IMG/VR virus record: IMGVR_UViG_3300048072_000060
Length of the DNA: 64,000 nucleotides
DNA from: an uncultured virus (IMG/VR IMGVR_UViG_3300048072_000060)
Lineage: Duplodnaviria > Heunggongvirae > Uroviricota > Caudoviricetes
Reading direction: 5' to 3' (one strand)
Shown: positions 27,566-37,330 of the stretch, piece by piece
Layout of the letters: every line of letters starts with the position of its first letter
Position numbering within the stretch: the first letter of the stretch is position 1
The notes under the pieces: generated by a model
Seen by the model: only the letters and a program-made list of their open reading frames with translations
Databases searched by the model: none
What the model was told of the DNA's origin: nothing
Position numbers and translations under genes: made by a program

Positions 27566-28849
27566 ATGCAGCTACCGCACCTGGCGTCCCGTCTGTACGG
27601 GACGCCGCTCCTTGTCGCCCGTTCCAAACTCGACATCATCCTGGCGGTGTTGGGTGATCGCATCGGTTGGCCGGAGCCTAAAGCCGGTCTGCCGATTCCG
27701 CCGCCACGTGGTTTGCCCGATGCACCGCCCGGTATTGCTGTGATTCCCGTCTACGGCACGCTGGTTCGGCGCTCGCTCGGCATGGAAGCGGCGTCCGGGC
27801 TTACGTCCTATGGCGAGATCAGCGCGATGCTCGACGCGGCGCTGTCCGACCCGAGTGTTACCGGCATCCTGCTCGATGTGGATTCCCCCGGTGGCGAAGC
27901 CGGTGGCGTGTTCGAACTCGCCGGGCGGGTGCGTGCCGCCGATGCGGTGAAACCGGTCTGGTCAATCGCTTCTGACTCGGCATTCTCAGCGGCCTACGCC
28001 ATTGCCTCAGCGGCGTCGCGGGTTTATGTGACGCAGACCGCCGGGGTCGGCTCGATCGGCGTCATTGCCATGCACGTCGATCAGTCCGCGCGTGACGCCC
28101 AGGAGGGCTATCGCTACACGGCCATTACCGCCGGCGACCAGAAGAACGATTTCTCTCCCCACCAACCGCTCGACAAAGAGGCTTTGACACGGCTGCAGGC
28201 CGAGGTGGACAGGCTCTACGGCATCTTCGTCGATCACGTGGCCGTGATGCGAAACCTCGAACCGCGTTTCGTTCGCTCCACCCAAGCCGGGCTGTACTTC
28301 GGCCCGGAAGCCGTAACCGCAGGGCTTGCGGATGCCCAAGGCAGTTTCGATACGGCCCTCACCGACTTCAGTGCATTTCTGGCGGCACGTCGCTCACGAG
28401 GCTTTGCACCATCGGTAACGAGTAACGCGCAGTTCGCTTCATCCATCCCCATCAAGGAGGTATCACTCATGCCTGACCCGAACACCCCTGAAGTTATCCC
28501 TGATCCGGCAGCGCCAACGCTACCAACGGATCCTGCACCGGTGCCGACCGAGCCGCAATCACCCAAGGACGATCCTGTCCAGTCGGCCATTGATGCCACC
28601 CGCGCCGCCACGCGCGCGGACGCCGTGGCCATCGCGGAACTCTGCCAACTGGCAGGCCAGCCGCAGCGTATTGCCACGTTTCTCGCCGAAGGCGCCAGCG
28701 AATCTCAAGTGCGACGGGTCTTGCTGGCCTCGCGTGCCGAGAGCCCCGAGATCACTTCGGTGATCCATCCCGATGCGGCCAATAAGGCGGCATCTCCCGA
28801 GCAAAACCTGCTCATGAAAGCCGTCAAGAAACTCACCGGAAAGGACTGA
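27566..28849 (+). CDS. S49 head maturation protease with scaffold region
   Basis: IAVIPVYGTL, LDVDSPGG, SAAYAIAS, VGSIGV; Pro-rich linker. Confidence 0.92.
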   Translation: MQLPHLASRLYGTPLLVARSKLDIILAVLGDRIGWPEPKAGLPIPPPRGLPDAPPGIAVIPVYGTLVRRSLGMEAASGLTSYGEISAMLDAALSDPSVTGILLDVDSPGGEAGGVFELAGRVRAADAVKPVWSIASDSAFSAAYAIASAASRVYVTQTAGVGSIGVIAMHVDQSARDAQEGYRYTAITAGDQKNDFSPHQPLDKEALTRLQAEVDRLYGIFVDHVAVMRNLEPRFVRSTQAGLYFGPEAVTAGLADAQGSFDTALTDFSAFLAARRSRGFAPSVTSNAQFASSIPIKEVSLMPDPNTPEVIPDPAAPTLPTDPAPVPTEPQSPKDDPVQSAIDATRAATRADAVAIAELCQLAGQPQRIATFLAEGASESQVRRVLLASRAESPEITSVIHPDAANKAASPEQNLLMKAVKKLTGKD

Positions 28850-28852
28850 CCC

Positions 28853-29233
28853 ATGAATGCCATTAACGAACCCATCAATCTCGGCGATCTCCTGAAGTAC
28901 GAAGAGGATTGCCTCAACTACTCACGCGAACAGGTCTCTGTTGCTTCCGGGCAGAACCTGGAACTCGGTGCGGTCGTCGGCCGCGTCACGGTCACCGGCA
29001 AACTGAAACGCTTTGATCCGGTCGCCACCGATGGCACCGAGGACGTCGCCGGCATTCTGCTGGGCGCGATCGACGCCACCCTGATCCAACGCGACGACGC
29101 CTTGCTACTCGCGCGTCACGCCATCGTTGCTTCGCACGCCGTGGTCTGGCCTGCCGGTATTACCACCGAGCAGAAGGCTGCAGCCATCGCCGCCCTCGAA
29201 GCGCGCGGCATCCTCATCCGTCAATCCGCCTAA
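28853..29233 (+). CDS. Head decoration protein
   Basis: 126 aa between protease and capsid; YSRE.V...GAVVG; LEARGILIR. Confidence 0.8.
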   Translation: MNAINEPINLGDLLKYEEDCLNYSREQVSVASGQNLELGAVVGRVTVTGKLKRFDPVATDGTEDVAGILLGAIDATLIQRDDALLLARHAIVASHAVVWPAGITTEQKAAAIAALEARGILIRQSA

Positions 29234-29246
29234 GGAAATCATCACC

Positions 29247-30251
29247 ATGAACAATGTGTTCAACACGCCGGCCTTCTCGATGGCGGCCCTCACGTCCGCC
29301 ATCAATATCATTCCCAACCGCTACGGTCGCATGGAAGCGCTCAACCTGTTTCCGGCAAAACCCGTGCGTACCCGGCAGGTCATCGTTGAAGAACAAAACG
29401 GTGTGCTCAACCTGCTGCCCTCAATGCCGCCGGGGTCGCCCGGTACGGTCGGCGCGCGAGGCAAGCGCACCGTGCGCTCCTTCGTCATTCCCCATATCCC
29501 GCACGACGATGTAGTGCTGCCCGAGGAAGTCCAGGGCATCCGCGCCTTCGGCTCGGAAACCGAGATGGAATCAGTGGCCGGTGTCATGGCGCGGCATCTG
29601 GAGACCATGCGCAACAAGCATTCGATCACCCTGGAGCACCTGCGTATGGGCGCGCTCAAGGGCGTCATCCTGGATGCCGATGGCTCGGTGATCTACGACC
29701 TTTACGACGAGTTCGGCATCACTCCGGCCACGGTCAATTTCGAACTCGCCGTCGCCGGCACCAACGTCAAGAAGAAGTGCGCCGATGTGCTGCGCCACCT
29801 CGAGGACAACCTTAAAGGTGAGTTCATGACCGGCATCCACTGCCTGTGCTCGCCGGAGTTCTTTGATGCCCTGACCGACCACGCCAAGGTGAAGGACGCT
29901 TACACGTACTGGCAGCAAGGTGCCGTGCTGATCAACGACATGCGTGCCGGTTTCACCTTCGGTGGCGTGACCTTCGAGGAGTATCGCGGCCAGGCTACGG
30001 ATGCCACGGGTGCGACGCGTCGCTTCATCGCGGCGGGTGAAGCACATTGCTTCCCGATCGGCACGGTGGACACCTTCAGCACCTACTTTGCACCGGCTGA
30101 TTTCAACGAAACCGCGAACACACTGGGCCAGCCGCTGTACGCCAAGCAGGAACCCCGCAAGTTCGATCGCGGCACCGATCTGCATACCCAAGCGAATCCG
30201 CTGCCGATGTGCCATCGCCCGGGTGTGCTGGTGAAGCTCACAGCGGCCTGA
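29247..30251 (+). CDS. Major capsid protein (lambda gpE-like)
   Basis: FSMAALT.AIN..P, TLEHLRMGALKG, F.FGGVTFEEY, QANPLPMC.RP. Confidence 0.92.
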   Translation: MNNVFNTPAFSMAALTSAINIIPNRYGRMEALNLFPAKPVRTRQVIVEEQNGVLNLLPSMPPGSPGTVGARGKRTVRSFVIPHIPHDDVVLPEEVQGIRAFGSETEMESVAGVMARHLETMRNKHSITLEHLRMGALKGVILDADGSVIYDLYDEFGITPATVNFELAVAGTNVKKKCADVLRHLEDNLKGEFMTGIHCLCSPEFFDALTDHAKVKDAYTYWQQGAVLINDMRAGFTFGGVTFEEYRGQATDATGATRRFIAAGEAHCFPIGTVDTFSTYFAPADFNETANTLGQPLYAKQEPRKFDRGTDLHTQANPLPMCHRPGVLVKLTAA

Positions 30252-30256
30252 CGCAG

Positions 30257-30535
30257 GTGAACGTCGCCGACCTGTACGACGCTGCCGCGCGCTGCGGACT
30301 GCTGACCACCGTAAAGGTGGGTGCGGTCACGGTGCAGGCGGCGTTTCGTGCGCCGGATGACAGTGTGCTCGATGGGCTGGCGCTCTCACGTGACTACCAG
30401 ATCGAATACCCGAGCGAGCGTCTGACGCTGAGCCAGGGCGATGCGGTAGAGATCGCTGGCCAGTCCTACCGGGTGCGCGAAGTGCGCCAGATTCGGGATG
30501 GTTCCGAGTCGGTAGCAACCTTGTCGAGGTTGTGA
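30257..30535 (+). CDS. Head-tail joining protein
   Basis: 92 aa, GDAVEIAGQSYRVREVRQIRDG; position after capsid. Confidence 0.7.
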   Translation: MNVADLYDAAARCGLLTTVKVGAVTVQAAFRAPDDSVLDGLALSRDYQIEYPSERLTLSQGDAVEIAGQSYRVREVRQIRDGSESVATLSRL

Positions 30536-30972
30536 TGCAAAGCATCCGGGAACAGATCATTCAAACCGTGGTGCTCAGGCTCACCCCCGTTGCCTCGGCA
30601 CAGGGAGCGACGATCCGTCGCCAGCCCACTGTGCCGTCCGATCGGGCGCAAATGCCTGCGCTCCTTGTCTTCCCAGAATCGGAAGCGGTACGCCGCGTCA
30701 ATGATCGTACCGAGCGGGAACTGGTGATTCGCATCGTGGCGCTGGCAACGGGAACAGCGACGGAACTCCCTGAGCCCGTAGTAGATCGCCTGATGACCGC
30801 CGCACACGTCGCGCTGTTGGCCGACGTAACCCTCAGTGGCCTGGCGCTGGGGATGGAAGAAACCGACACCGACTGGCAGCAAGACGACTCCGACATGGAC
30901 GTGGCGGCACTGCCATCCCGCTACCGCGTCACCTACCGCACGCTGGCCCACGACCTCACCCAGAAAGGATAA
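30535..30972 (+). CDS. Tail terminator/completion protein
   Basis: SIREQII..., PALLVFPESE; position before tail tube. Confidence 0.65.
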   Translation: MQSIREQIIQTVVLRLTPVASAQGATIRRQPTVPSDRAQMPALLVFPESEAVRRVNDRTERELVIRIVALATGTATELPEPVVDRLMTAAHVALLADVTLSGLALGMEETDTDWQQDDSDMDVAALPSRYRVTYRTLAHDLTQKG

Positions 30973-30976
30973 CCCC

Positions 30977-31177
30977 ATGCCGCAAATTGAACTTCTCAAG
31001 ATCCACACCCATGCCGGCGTCGAGCATGACGTTGGAACCATCATCGATGTCGATGACGGCACGGCGAATTGGCTCATCGAACACGGCGTCGGCCAGGCAG
31101 CCACGTCTATAGAGCCCCGGCGCTCCCGCCACAACGAAGCAACCCCGGCATCTCCTCTCACCTCAAACAAGGAGTAA
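30977..31177 (+). CDS. Small phage protein
   Basis: IELLKIHTHAG..H.VG.IIDV....A.WLIEHGV; AAGGA RBS. Confidence 0.65.
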   Translation: MPQIELLKIHTHAGVEHDVGTIIDVDDGTANWLIEHGVGQAATSIEPRRSRHNEATPASPLTSNKE

Positions 31178-31183
31178 CACCTC

Positions 31184-31918
31184 ATGACCTATTTCTCTGG
31201 ACAAGGACGCGTTTTCATCGGTTCGCGTGACACCAGCGGCAATCCGCAAGGCCTCACCTTCGTCGGCAACGTCCCCGACCTCAAGGTGTCGCTCTCGGTC
31301 GAGACCCTGGAGCATCAGGAATCCCAATCCGGCCAGCGACTGACCGATCTGCAACTCATCAAGACCAAGAAAGGCGAGTTTGCCTGCACGCTGGAAGAAC
31401 TCATCCAGTCGAATCTGGAACTCGCGCTTTACGGTTCCACCACGGTCGTGACCACCGGCACCGTCACGGACGAGCCGGTCATTGCCGCAGCGGAACTCGG
31501 CAAGCTCTATTTGCTCGGCAAGCAAAACGTCTCCACTGTCGTGGTGAAGGCAGGAGCAACGACCGTGGCGGCTGGCAAATACACGGTCAATGCGAAGCAC
31601 GGTTCGATCATGTTTACCGACATCACAGGCGTCACGGGTGCCATCGCGGCCAGCTACAGCTATGGGGCCGCCAGCGTCACAGCCATGTTCACGCAGCCGC
31701 TGCCCGAGCGCTGGGTTCGCTTCGAAGGGCTGAACACGGCGGACGCCAACAAGGAAGTCGTGATCGACCTCTACCGGGTAGCCATCAATCCGGCGAAAGA
31801 CTTGTCGGTGATCAGCGCGGACTTGATGAAGTTCGAACTCTCCGGTCAAGTGTTGGCCGATCTGACCAAGGCGGCTGCGGGTGCGCTTGGCCAGTTTGGC
31901 CGCATCGTTCTGTTGTGA
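31184..31918 (+). CDS. Major tail tube protein
   Basis: YFSGQGRVFI..FVGNV; RFEGLNTA..VVIDLYRV; position. Confidence 0.8.
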   Translation: MTYFSGQGRVFIGSRDTSGNPQGLTFVGNVPDLKVSLSVETLEHQESQSGQRLTDLQLIKTKKGEFACTLEELIQSNLELALYGSTTVVTTGTVTDEPVIAAAELGKLYLLGKQNVSTVVVKAGATTVAAGKYTVNAKHGSIMFTDITGVTGAIAASYSYGAASVTAMFTQPLPERWVRFEGLNTADANKEVVIDLYRVAINPAKDLSVISADLMKFELSGQVLADLTKAAAGALGQFGRIVLL

Positions 31919-32319
31919 TGACTGGCGACGCTTTTGCTGCGCTGCCGCCGGTGCCGGTGACGCTCGTCATCGGCGGCGAACGCCTCGAACTCACACCCCT
32001 CAGGGTCGGCGACGTGCCGGCCTTCGCTCGCGCCGTGCAGCCGGTGGCGGCCAGTCTGTCGGCGTCTCCCGACTGGCTGGCGCTCCTGGCCGAGCATGGC
32101 GAGGCGGTGATCGACGCGGTGGCCATCGCCAGTCGTCGCCCGCCCGAGTGGGTGACGAATCTGGCGCTCGACGAGGCCGTGCGTTTGACAGAAGCGGTAT
32201 TCGAGGTGAATGCCGATTTTTTTATCCAGCGCGTGCTGCCGAGCCTGACCGAGGCGGCGACGCGGGTAAGCCAAACCCTCGGAGCCCGGATCCCTGGAGC
32301 GATGCAGTCCAGCGACTGA
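31918..32319 (+). CDS. Tail assembly chaperone (gpG-like)
   Basis: Follows tail tube; contains EVNADFF with T TTT TTT slippery site. Confidence 0.8.
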   Translation: MTGDAFAALPPVPVTLVIGGERLELTPLRVGDVPAFARAVQPVAASLSASPDWLALLAEHGEAVIDAVAIASRRPPEWVTNLALDEAVRLTEAVFEVNADFFIQRVLPSLTEAATRVSQTLGARIPGAMQSSD

Positions 32320-32501
32320 TCGATGCGGGGCATGCCTACGCCAGCATCCTGAATTACACCCTGGCGCAGGTCGATGCCTTTATCGCCGCCATCGATCGGC
32401 AGGAGTCGCGGCGTCTGGCGAATCTCCTGTCGGTCGTGAGTGTTGGGGCACAAGGCAGCAGTGATGCCATCAAGAAGTTCATGAGGCGCCTTGATGCTTA
32501 A
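32217..32501 (+). CDS. Tail chaperone gpGT-like extension, reached by -1 frameshift
   Basis: T7 run at 32217-32223; -1 frame open to 32501 encoding WSDAVQRLIDAGH...YTLAQVDAF. Confidence 0.7.
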   Translation, partial: FFYPARAAEPDRGGDAGKPNPRSPDPWSDAVQRLIDAGHAYASILNYTLAQVDAFIAAIDRQESRRLANLLSVVSVGAQGSSDAIKKFMRRLDA

Positions 32502-33144
32502 GATTTCCCTGACTACTTCCGGCCTGCTCGACAAATCCACGCTCGAGGCTTGGACGCGACAAAAACAGGCCGCTATTCACAAGGCTGTGGCCACGGGCAT
32601 GCAAGCCGGCGGCAAGTCGGTGGCCGATGTCGTGCGCAGCAAAATGAAGTCCGATTTCACGGTCAAGAAAGCGGCCTTCGTGAATTCATTGCGCGCCAAG
32701 GTCTACGACCGCGACAAGGACAAACTACCCGCAGTTCTCATCGGCTCGAAGATTCCGTGGCTGGGTATCCATGTCCGGGGCGGAACCGTCTCGGGCCGGA
32801 TGCTGATTCCGCTGACCGAGGAAGGCCGTCGCATCGGTCGTCGTGCCTTCAAGCGTGTGATCGATGCGCTGATTCGCTCCGGCAACGCGTACTTCATTCA
32901 GAAAGGCGGCCGCGTCATTTTGATGGCCGAAAACCTGCGCGAGAACGCGTCCTCTCTGGCGCGATTCAAGCGGGCCGAGCGCAAACGCACGGGTACCAAG
33001 AGGGTGAAGCGCGGCCAGGAAATCCCGGTCGCCGTCCTGGTACCCAACGTGACCATGAAGTGTCGCTTCGATCTGGCTGGCGTGGTACGGGGCCAGTTGC
33101 CCGTACTCGCCCGAGCCATTGAAACGCAACTCTCCAAGATTTAG
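32494..33144 (+). CDS. DUF6441-like basic neck/minor tail protein
   Basis: Lys/Arg-rich 216 aa ORF before the tape measure gene. Confidence 0.65.
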   Translation: MLKISLTTSGLLDKSTLEAWTRQKQAAIHKAVATGMQAGGKSVADVVRSKMKSDFTVKKAAFVNSLRAKVYDRDKDKLPAVLIGSKIPWLGIHVRGGTVSGRMLIPLTEEGRRIGRRAFKRVIDALIRSGNAYFIQKGGRVILMAENLRENASSLARFKRAERKRTGTKRVKRGQEIPVAVLVPNVTMKCRFDLAGVVRGQLPVLARAIETQLSKI

Positions 33145-33158
33145 GACCTGAGCCACCC

Positions 33159-35747
33159 GTGACCCAAGATCGTGCACAACTGCTGATTACTGCCGTCGAT
33201 CAGACCCGATCGGCCTTCGATTCGATTCGCGGCAATCTCGCCAAACTCGGCGACGAGTCGAACCGGGTCAAGGGACTGCTGGCGGGCCTTGGCGTTTCGC
33301 TTTCGGTGGCCGGGTTCGCTGCCATGATCAAAGGTGCGATCGATGCGGCCGATCATCTCAACAAGCTCTCGCAGAAAATCGGCATTTCGGTGGAAGCGCT
33401 GTCGACCTTGCGCTTTGCCGCACAGTTGTCGGATGTGAGTCTGGAAGCCTTGCAGAAAGGCATCAAGAGCCTGTCGCAGAACATTACCGAGGCCAATACC
33501 GGCATCGGTGATGGGGCGCAGTTGTTCCAGGCACTCGGCATCTCCGTCAAGAATGCCGATGGCAGCATGAAGTCCACCGAGGATGTCCTGCTGCAGGTGG
33601 CCAACGTCTTCGCCAATCTGGAAGACGGTGCAGTCAAGACTGCGCTCGCTGTAAAGATTTTCGGCAAGAGTGGCATGGACATGATTCCGTTCCTGAATCA
33701 GGGGGCGGCCGGCATCAATCAACTCACGGCGGAAGCCGAACGCCTGGGTTTGAAGCTCACCACCGAAACGGCGCGTTCGGCGGAAGCGTTCAACGACAAT
33801 CTCACGGCACTCAAAGCCTCGTCGTCAGCGCTCGGTATCACGCTGGCCCGCGATTTCCTGCCCGAACTCATCAACATCACGAATGCCATGCGCGAGGCGG
33901 CGAACGACTCGGGCAAGTTGAAGGCCATGTGGGTTGGTCTCGGCGGGGTCGGCAATCTCCTGTTCAACGGGACCGAAATCAAACAGGCACGTGACGAGGT
34001 CGCGCGCATTCAGGAGTTGGTTGATTCGACCCGCAAGAAGGTCGATACCGGCAAAGCGCCGGTGCCGTTCATGCCCTTCGATGTGAAGTTCAACGAAGGC
34101 GCGATGACAACGCTCAGGAAGAACCTCGCGCAATGGGAGCAGGAACTGGCGGCGTCGAAACAGCGGCTCGATGCGCTGACCAGCCCCAAGCGTCCGGACG
34201 AGAAGTCACCGACCGGAAAACCAACAGAAGACATGCAGCGCATTGCGTGTGTCGTGTCCGGTGGCCAGTGGGTAAATGGCAAGTGCGAGAAGAAGTCCGC
34301 CGACGGCGCGGAGAGGGATGCCACCGGCGCAAAACTCGCCGTGGTCAAAGCGCAGGCAGAGTCCGAATTCAAAGTGCTGAAGGAAGGGCTCGATCTTCAA
34401 AAAGCAACCCTCGACCGTTCCCTCGATGACCGCCTGGTTTCCGTGCGCGACTACTACGCTCGCAAGACACAGATCGAGCAACAGGCCATCGACCAGGAAC
34501 TCACGGCAAAGCAGCAGGAACTGAGCGCGCAATCAGCGGTGGCCGTCGGGGGCAAGGATGAAGCGCAGCGCCTGCGTGCCAAAGCCGAGGTGAAGAAACT
34601 CGAGGGTGAGATCACCGTGCTCAATATGAAGCGCGGCGAGGTCGAGATCGCCAATGCACATGCTGCGGCCAAGGCCGAGAAGGAACTGGCAGACGAATTG
34701 GCTCGCGTGCGCGACCGCATGGCCGAGATCCGTGGCGGGGCCGGCGGCGATGTCACACGGGCACGGCTCGAGCGCGAATACCAGCCCCTGATCGAAAAGC
34801 TGCAACGCATGGGCGACACCACGGGTGCCGCCGATGTCGGCCGCCTGATCAATGTCGAAGCGGACATGGCGGAACTGGCGAAACTCGAGCGCCAGTATCA
34901 GAACGTCACCGACCGCATGAGCATTCGCGAACGGGAACTCCAGGTGCAGAAGGATGCCGGGATGATTACCGAAACGCAGATGCGGCGCGAGGTGCTGACG
35001 GTGCACCAACAGACCGCTACCGAAGTGGAAGGCATGATCCCCAGGATGCAGGCCCTCGCCGCCGCGACGGGCTCAGAGGAAGCCATCAACCGGGTAGCCC
35101 GGCTCAAGGTGGAAATGGCGGGTCTCAAGACCGTGGCAGATGACGTGGCTACACGCATCAACGGCGACGTAGAGAACGCCTTCACGACGATGTTCGAACA
35201 GATTGGGTCAGGTGCGAAATCAGCTTCCGATGCGTTTGGTGACTTTGCCCGCTCGGTGCTCTCGGCCATCAACCGTATCGCGGCACAGAAGATCGCCGAG
35301 GAACTCTTTGGCGGCATGACCAAAGGTGGCACAGGCGGATTGGGCGGTCTGGTGTCTGGCTTCTTCAAGTGGGCGGGATTCGCTGGTGGCGGTTATGTCA
35401 CCGGTCCCGGTACTGCAACCAGTGACTCAATCCCGGCACGTCTCTCCACCGGCGAATACGTACTGCGGGCGGATGCCGTGCGCCGCGTCGGTGTTGATTT
35501 CCTGCATGCCTTGAATGGCGGCCTGTCGGCGCCCCGGTGGAGCGGGCAACGACTGGCCTTCGCTGACGGTGGCCTGGTGCCGGCGGTATCGCCAGCGCCT
35601 AACGCTGCGCCCTCGCAATCGGTGCGCATCGTGAATGTCATCGACCCTGGCATGGCCGGCGACTATCTCAATTCCGCCGCCGGAGAAAAAACCATTCTTA
35701 ACGTGCTTTCGCGTAACGGCTCGGCCGTGCGTGAATTGCTGAGGTAA
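33159..35747 (+). CDS. Tail tape measure protein
   Basis: 862 aa, Ala-rich helical; ITAVDQT N-terminus; FAGGGYVTGPGTATSDSIPARLS.GEYV. Confidence 0.92.
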   Translation: MTQDRAQLLITAVDQTRSAFDSIRGNLAKLGDESNRVKGLLAGLGVSLSVAGFAAMIKGAIDAADHLNKLSQKIGISVEALSTLRFAAQLSDVSLEALQKGIKSLSQNITEANTGIGDGAQLFQALGISVKNADGSMKSTEDVLLQVANVFANLEDGAVKTALAVKIFGKSGMDMIPFLNQGAAGINQLTAEAERLGLKLTTETARSAEAFNDNLTALKASSSALGITLARDFLPELINITNAMREAANDSGKLKAMWVGLGGVGNLLFNGTEIKQARDEVARIQELVDSTRKKVDTGKAPVPFMPFDVKFNEGAMTTLRKNLAQWEQELAASKQRLDALTSPKRPDEKSPTGKPTEDMQRIACVVSGGQWVNGKCEKKSADGAERDATGAKLAVVKAQAESEFKVLKEGLDLQKATLDRSLDDRLVSVRDYYARKTQIEQQAIDQELTAKQQELSAQSAVAVGGKDEAQRLRAKAEVKKLEGEITVLNMKRGEVEIANAHAAAKAEKELADELARVRDRMAEIRGGAGGDVTRARLEREYQPLIEKLQRMGDTTGAADVGRLINVEADMAELAKLERQYQNVTDRMSIRERELQVQKDAGMITETQMRREVLTVHQQTATEVEGMIPRMQALAAATGSEEAINRVARLKVEMAGLKTVADDVATRINGDVENAFTTMFEQIGSGAKSASDAFGDFARSVLSAINRIAAQKIAEELFGGMTKGGTGGLGGLVSGFFKWAGFAGGGYVTGPGTATSDSIPARLSTGEYVLRADAVRRVGVDFLHALNGGLSAPRWSGQRLAFADGGLVPAVSPAPNAAPSQSVRIVNVIDPGMAGDYLNSAAGEKTILNVLSRNGSAVRELLR

Positions 35748-35750
35748 CCC

Positions 35751-36557
35751 ATGGCCTTTACCAGTGGCACCGCCACCGATTATCTCGATCTGCTGAACCG
35801 CCTCAAGCAGTTCGTCACCCAGGACATGCTGCCAGCCAACGAGCGCTGGTCGGTGCTGCGCTGGGTACCCGGGCCACCGGCGGAACTGGTGTTGCAGGGA
35901 CCTGGGCTCGCCGGCACCGACCAGATCAATGTCGGCATCCTGTCAGAAGCCGGAGCCGACTATGGCAACTGGAAAGTCCGTGGCTTCGTTGGCTGGAACG
36001 CGGCGCAGACGTTCGACGGGCAATACAACCCGGGTGGTCCGTTCTACGCACTCCTCATGGCCTCCGCCATGCCGTACTGGATCGTGGCCAATGGCCGGCG
36101 CATCGTCATGGTGGCCAAGACTGGCACCTATTACGAAATGATGCACCTGGGATTGTTCCTGCCCTATGCCACGCCAGGACAGTACCTGTACCCCATGTTG
36201 ATCGGTGGCACCTATAACGGATCGACGCGCTGGAGCAATTCCTACCAATACCGCAATCACCTGCCCAAGTCGTCGGGCTATTCGGGCGCGTATTACGCGC
36301 CGACCGGGGTCTGGACCGGCGTGTCGGCAATGTGGCCGAGCAGTTGGGGCGGAACCATGCGCGAATGTCCGGACGGATCTTATCCGCTGCTGCCATTCAT
36401 CCACATTGGTCTGGGAGAGATGGACGGCTGCTACGCCGTGCCGGGCTACGCCAACGCGGCCGAGAACATTATCAATGTCGGTGGCGTTGATCACCTGGTG
36501 GTACAGGATGTCTTTCGCACCGGTTACAGCGACTACTGGGCCTTGAAGCTCGCGTGA
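35751..36557 (+). CDS. Virion structural (distal tail) protein
   Basis: MAFTSGTA..YLDLL..L; YWIVANGRR; paralogous N-terminus with next gene. Confidence 0.7.
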   Translation: MAFTSGTATDYLDLLNRLKQFVTQDMLPANERWSVLRWVPGPPAELVLQGPGLAGTDQINVGILSEAGADYGNWKVRGFVGWNAAQTFDGQYNPGGPFYALLMASAMPYWIVANGRRIVMVAKTGTYYEMMHLGLFLPYATPGQYLYPMLIGGTYNGSTRWSNSYQYRNHLPKSSGYSGAYYAPTGVWTGVSAMWPSSWGGTMRECPDGSYPLLPFIHIGLGEMDGCYAVPGYANAAENIINVGGVDHLVVQDVFRTGYSDYWALKLA

Positions 36558-36565
36558 GGTAATCG

Positions 36566-37324
36566 ATGGCATTCCAGTCTGGCATTACCACCTCCGCCAA
36601 CGACCTGCTCGACAAGATTCGGCTCTTCGCCACCGGTTCCTGCGGCTACGCGCAATTGATGTATCAGGCGGACGCAGGGTATTTCCGCCTGCATCTGCAA
36701 CATGCCGCCAGCGGGCAGTTCGTCAACCTGCATTCCTACGCGACCTATGTCTCGGGTTATGGCTCGACCAGTTTCAATAGCGGTCTGGCCTATGCGTCGC
36801 AGACCGTGGCCTCGGGCTCGTACTCGGTCACGCAACTGTCGGGCAGTGCCGAGTACTTCCTCTTCGGCGGCGACGGCTGGTGTTACTGCATCGTGCAAAC
36901 CGCGAGCACTACCTATGCGCCGTTCTTGTTCGGAGCGATCACCAAGACCTGCACATTTACAGGAGGCGCCTTCCTGTCGGATACCTACAGCACCTATATG
37001 CGGACCGACATCGACGGCAACACCAACAAATGGAAGGTCGGCACCTCGGGGGTAGATGCCGTGCGGGCGTTCTATTCCGGCTATGCACGGCAACTGGATA
37101 GCTATGCGCCGATTGCGTTTAACGGTGTCACGCCGCTGTATCCCGCGACCATCGAAGTCGGTCGTCCAACGCCGTCTGGCTTCTATTCGATGATGGGCTA
37201 TGCCCCGGGTGCCCGGGTGCTGCGCATGAACGGTCAGTACGTTAACAAGGACGTGGTTACCTTGGGTGGCAATGACTGGATGGTCTTCACCATGAGCTAC
37301 GGCGGTTACGGGTTCTTGAAATGA
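36566..37324 (+). CDS. Virion structural (tail) protein
   Basis: MAFQSG..SANDLLDKI; aromatic/Gly-rich. Confidence 0.7.
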   Translation: MAFQSGITTSANDLLDKIRLFATGSCGYAQLMYQADAGYFRLHLQHAASGQFVNLHSYATYVSGYGSTSFNSGLAYASQTVASGSYSVTQLSGSAEYFLFGGDGWCYCIVQTASTTYAPFLFGAITKTCTFTGGAFLSDTYSTYMRTDIDGNTNKWKVGTSGVDAVRAFYSGYARQLDSYAPIAFNGVTPLYPATIEVGRPTPSGFYSMMGYAPGARVLRMNGQYVNKDVVTLGGNDWMVFTMSYGGYGFLK

Positions 37325-37330
37325 CGACTC

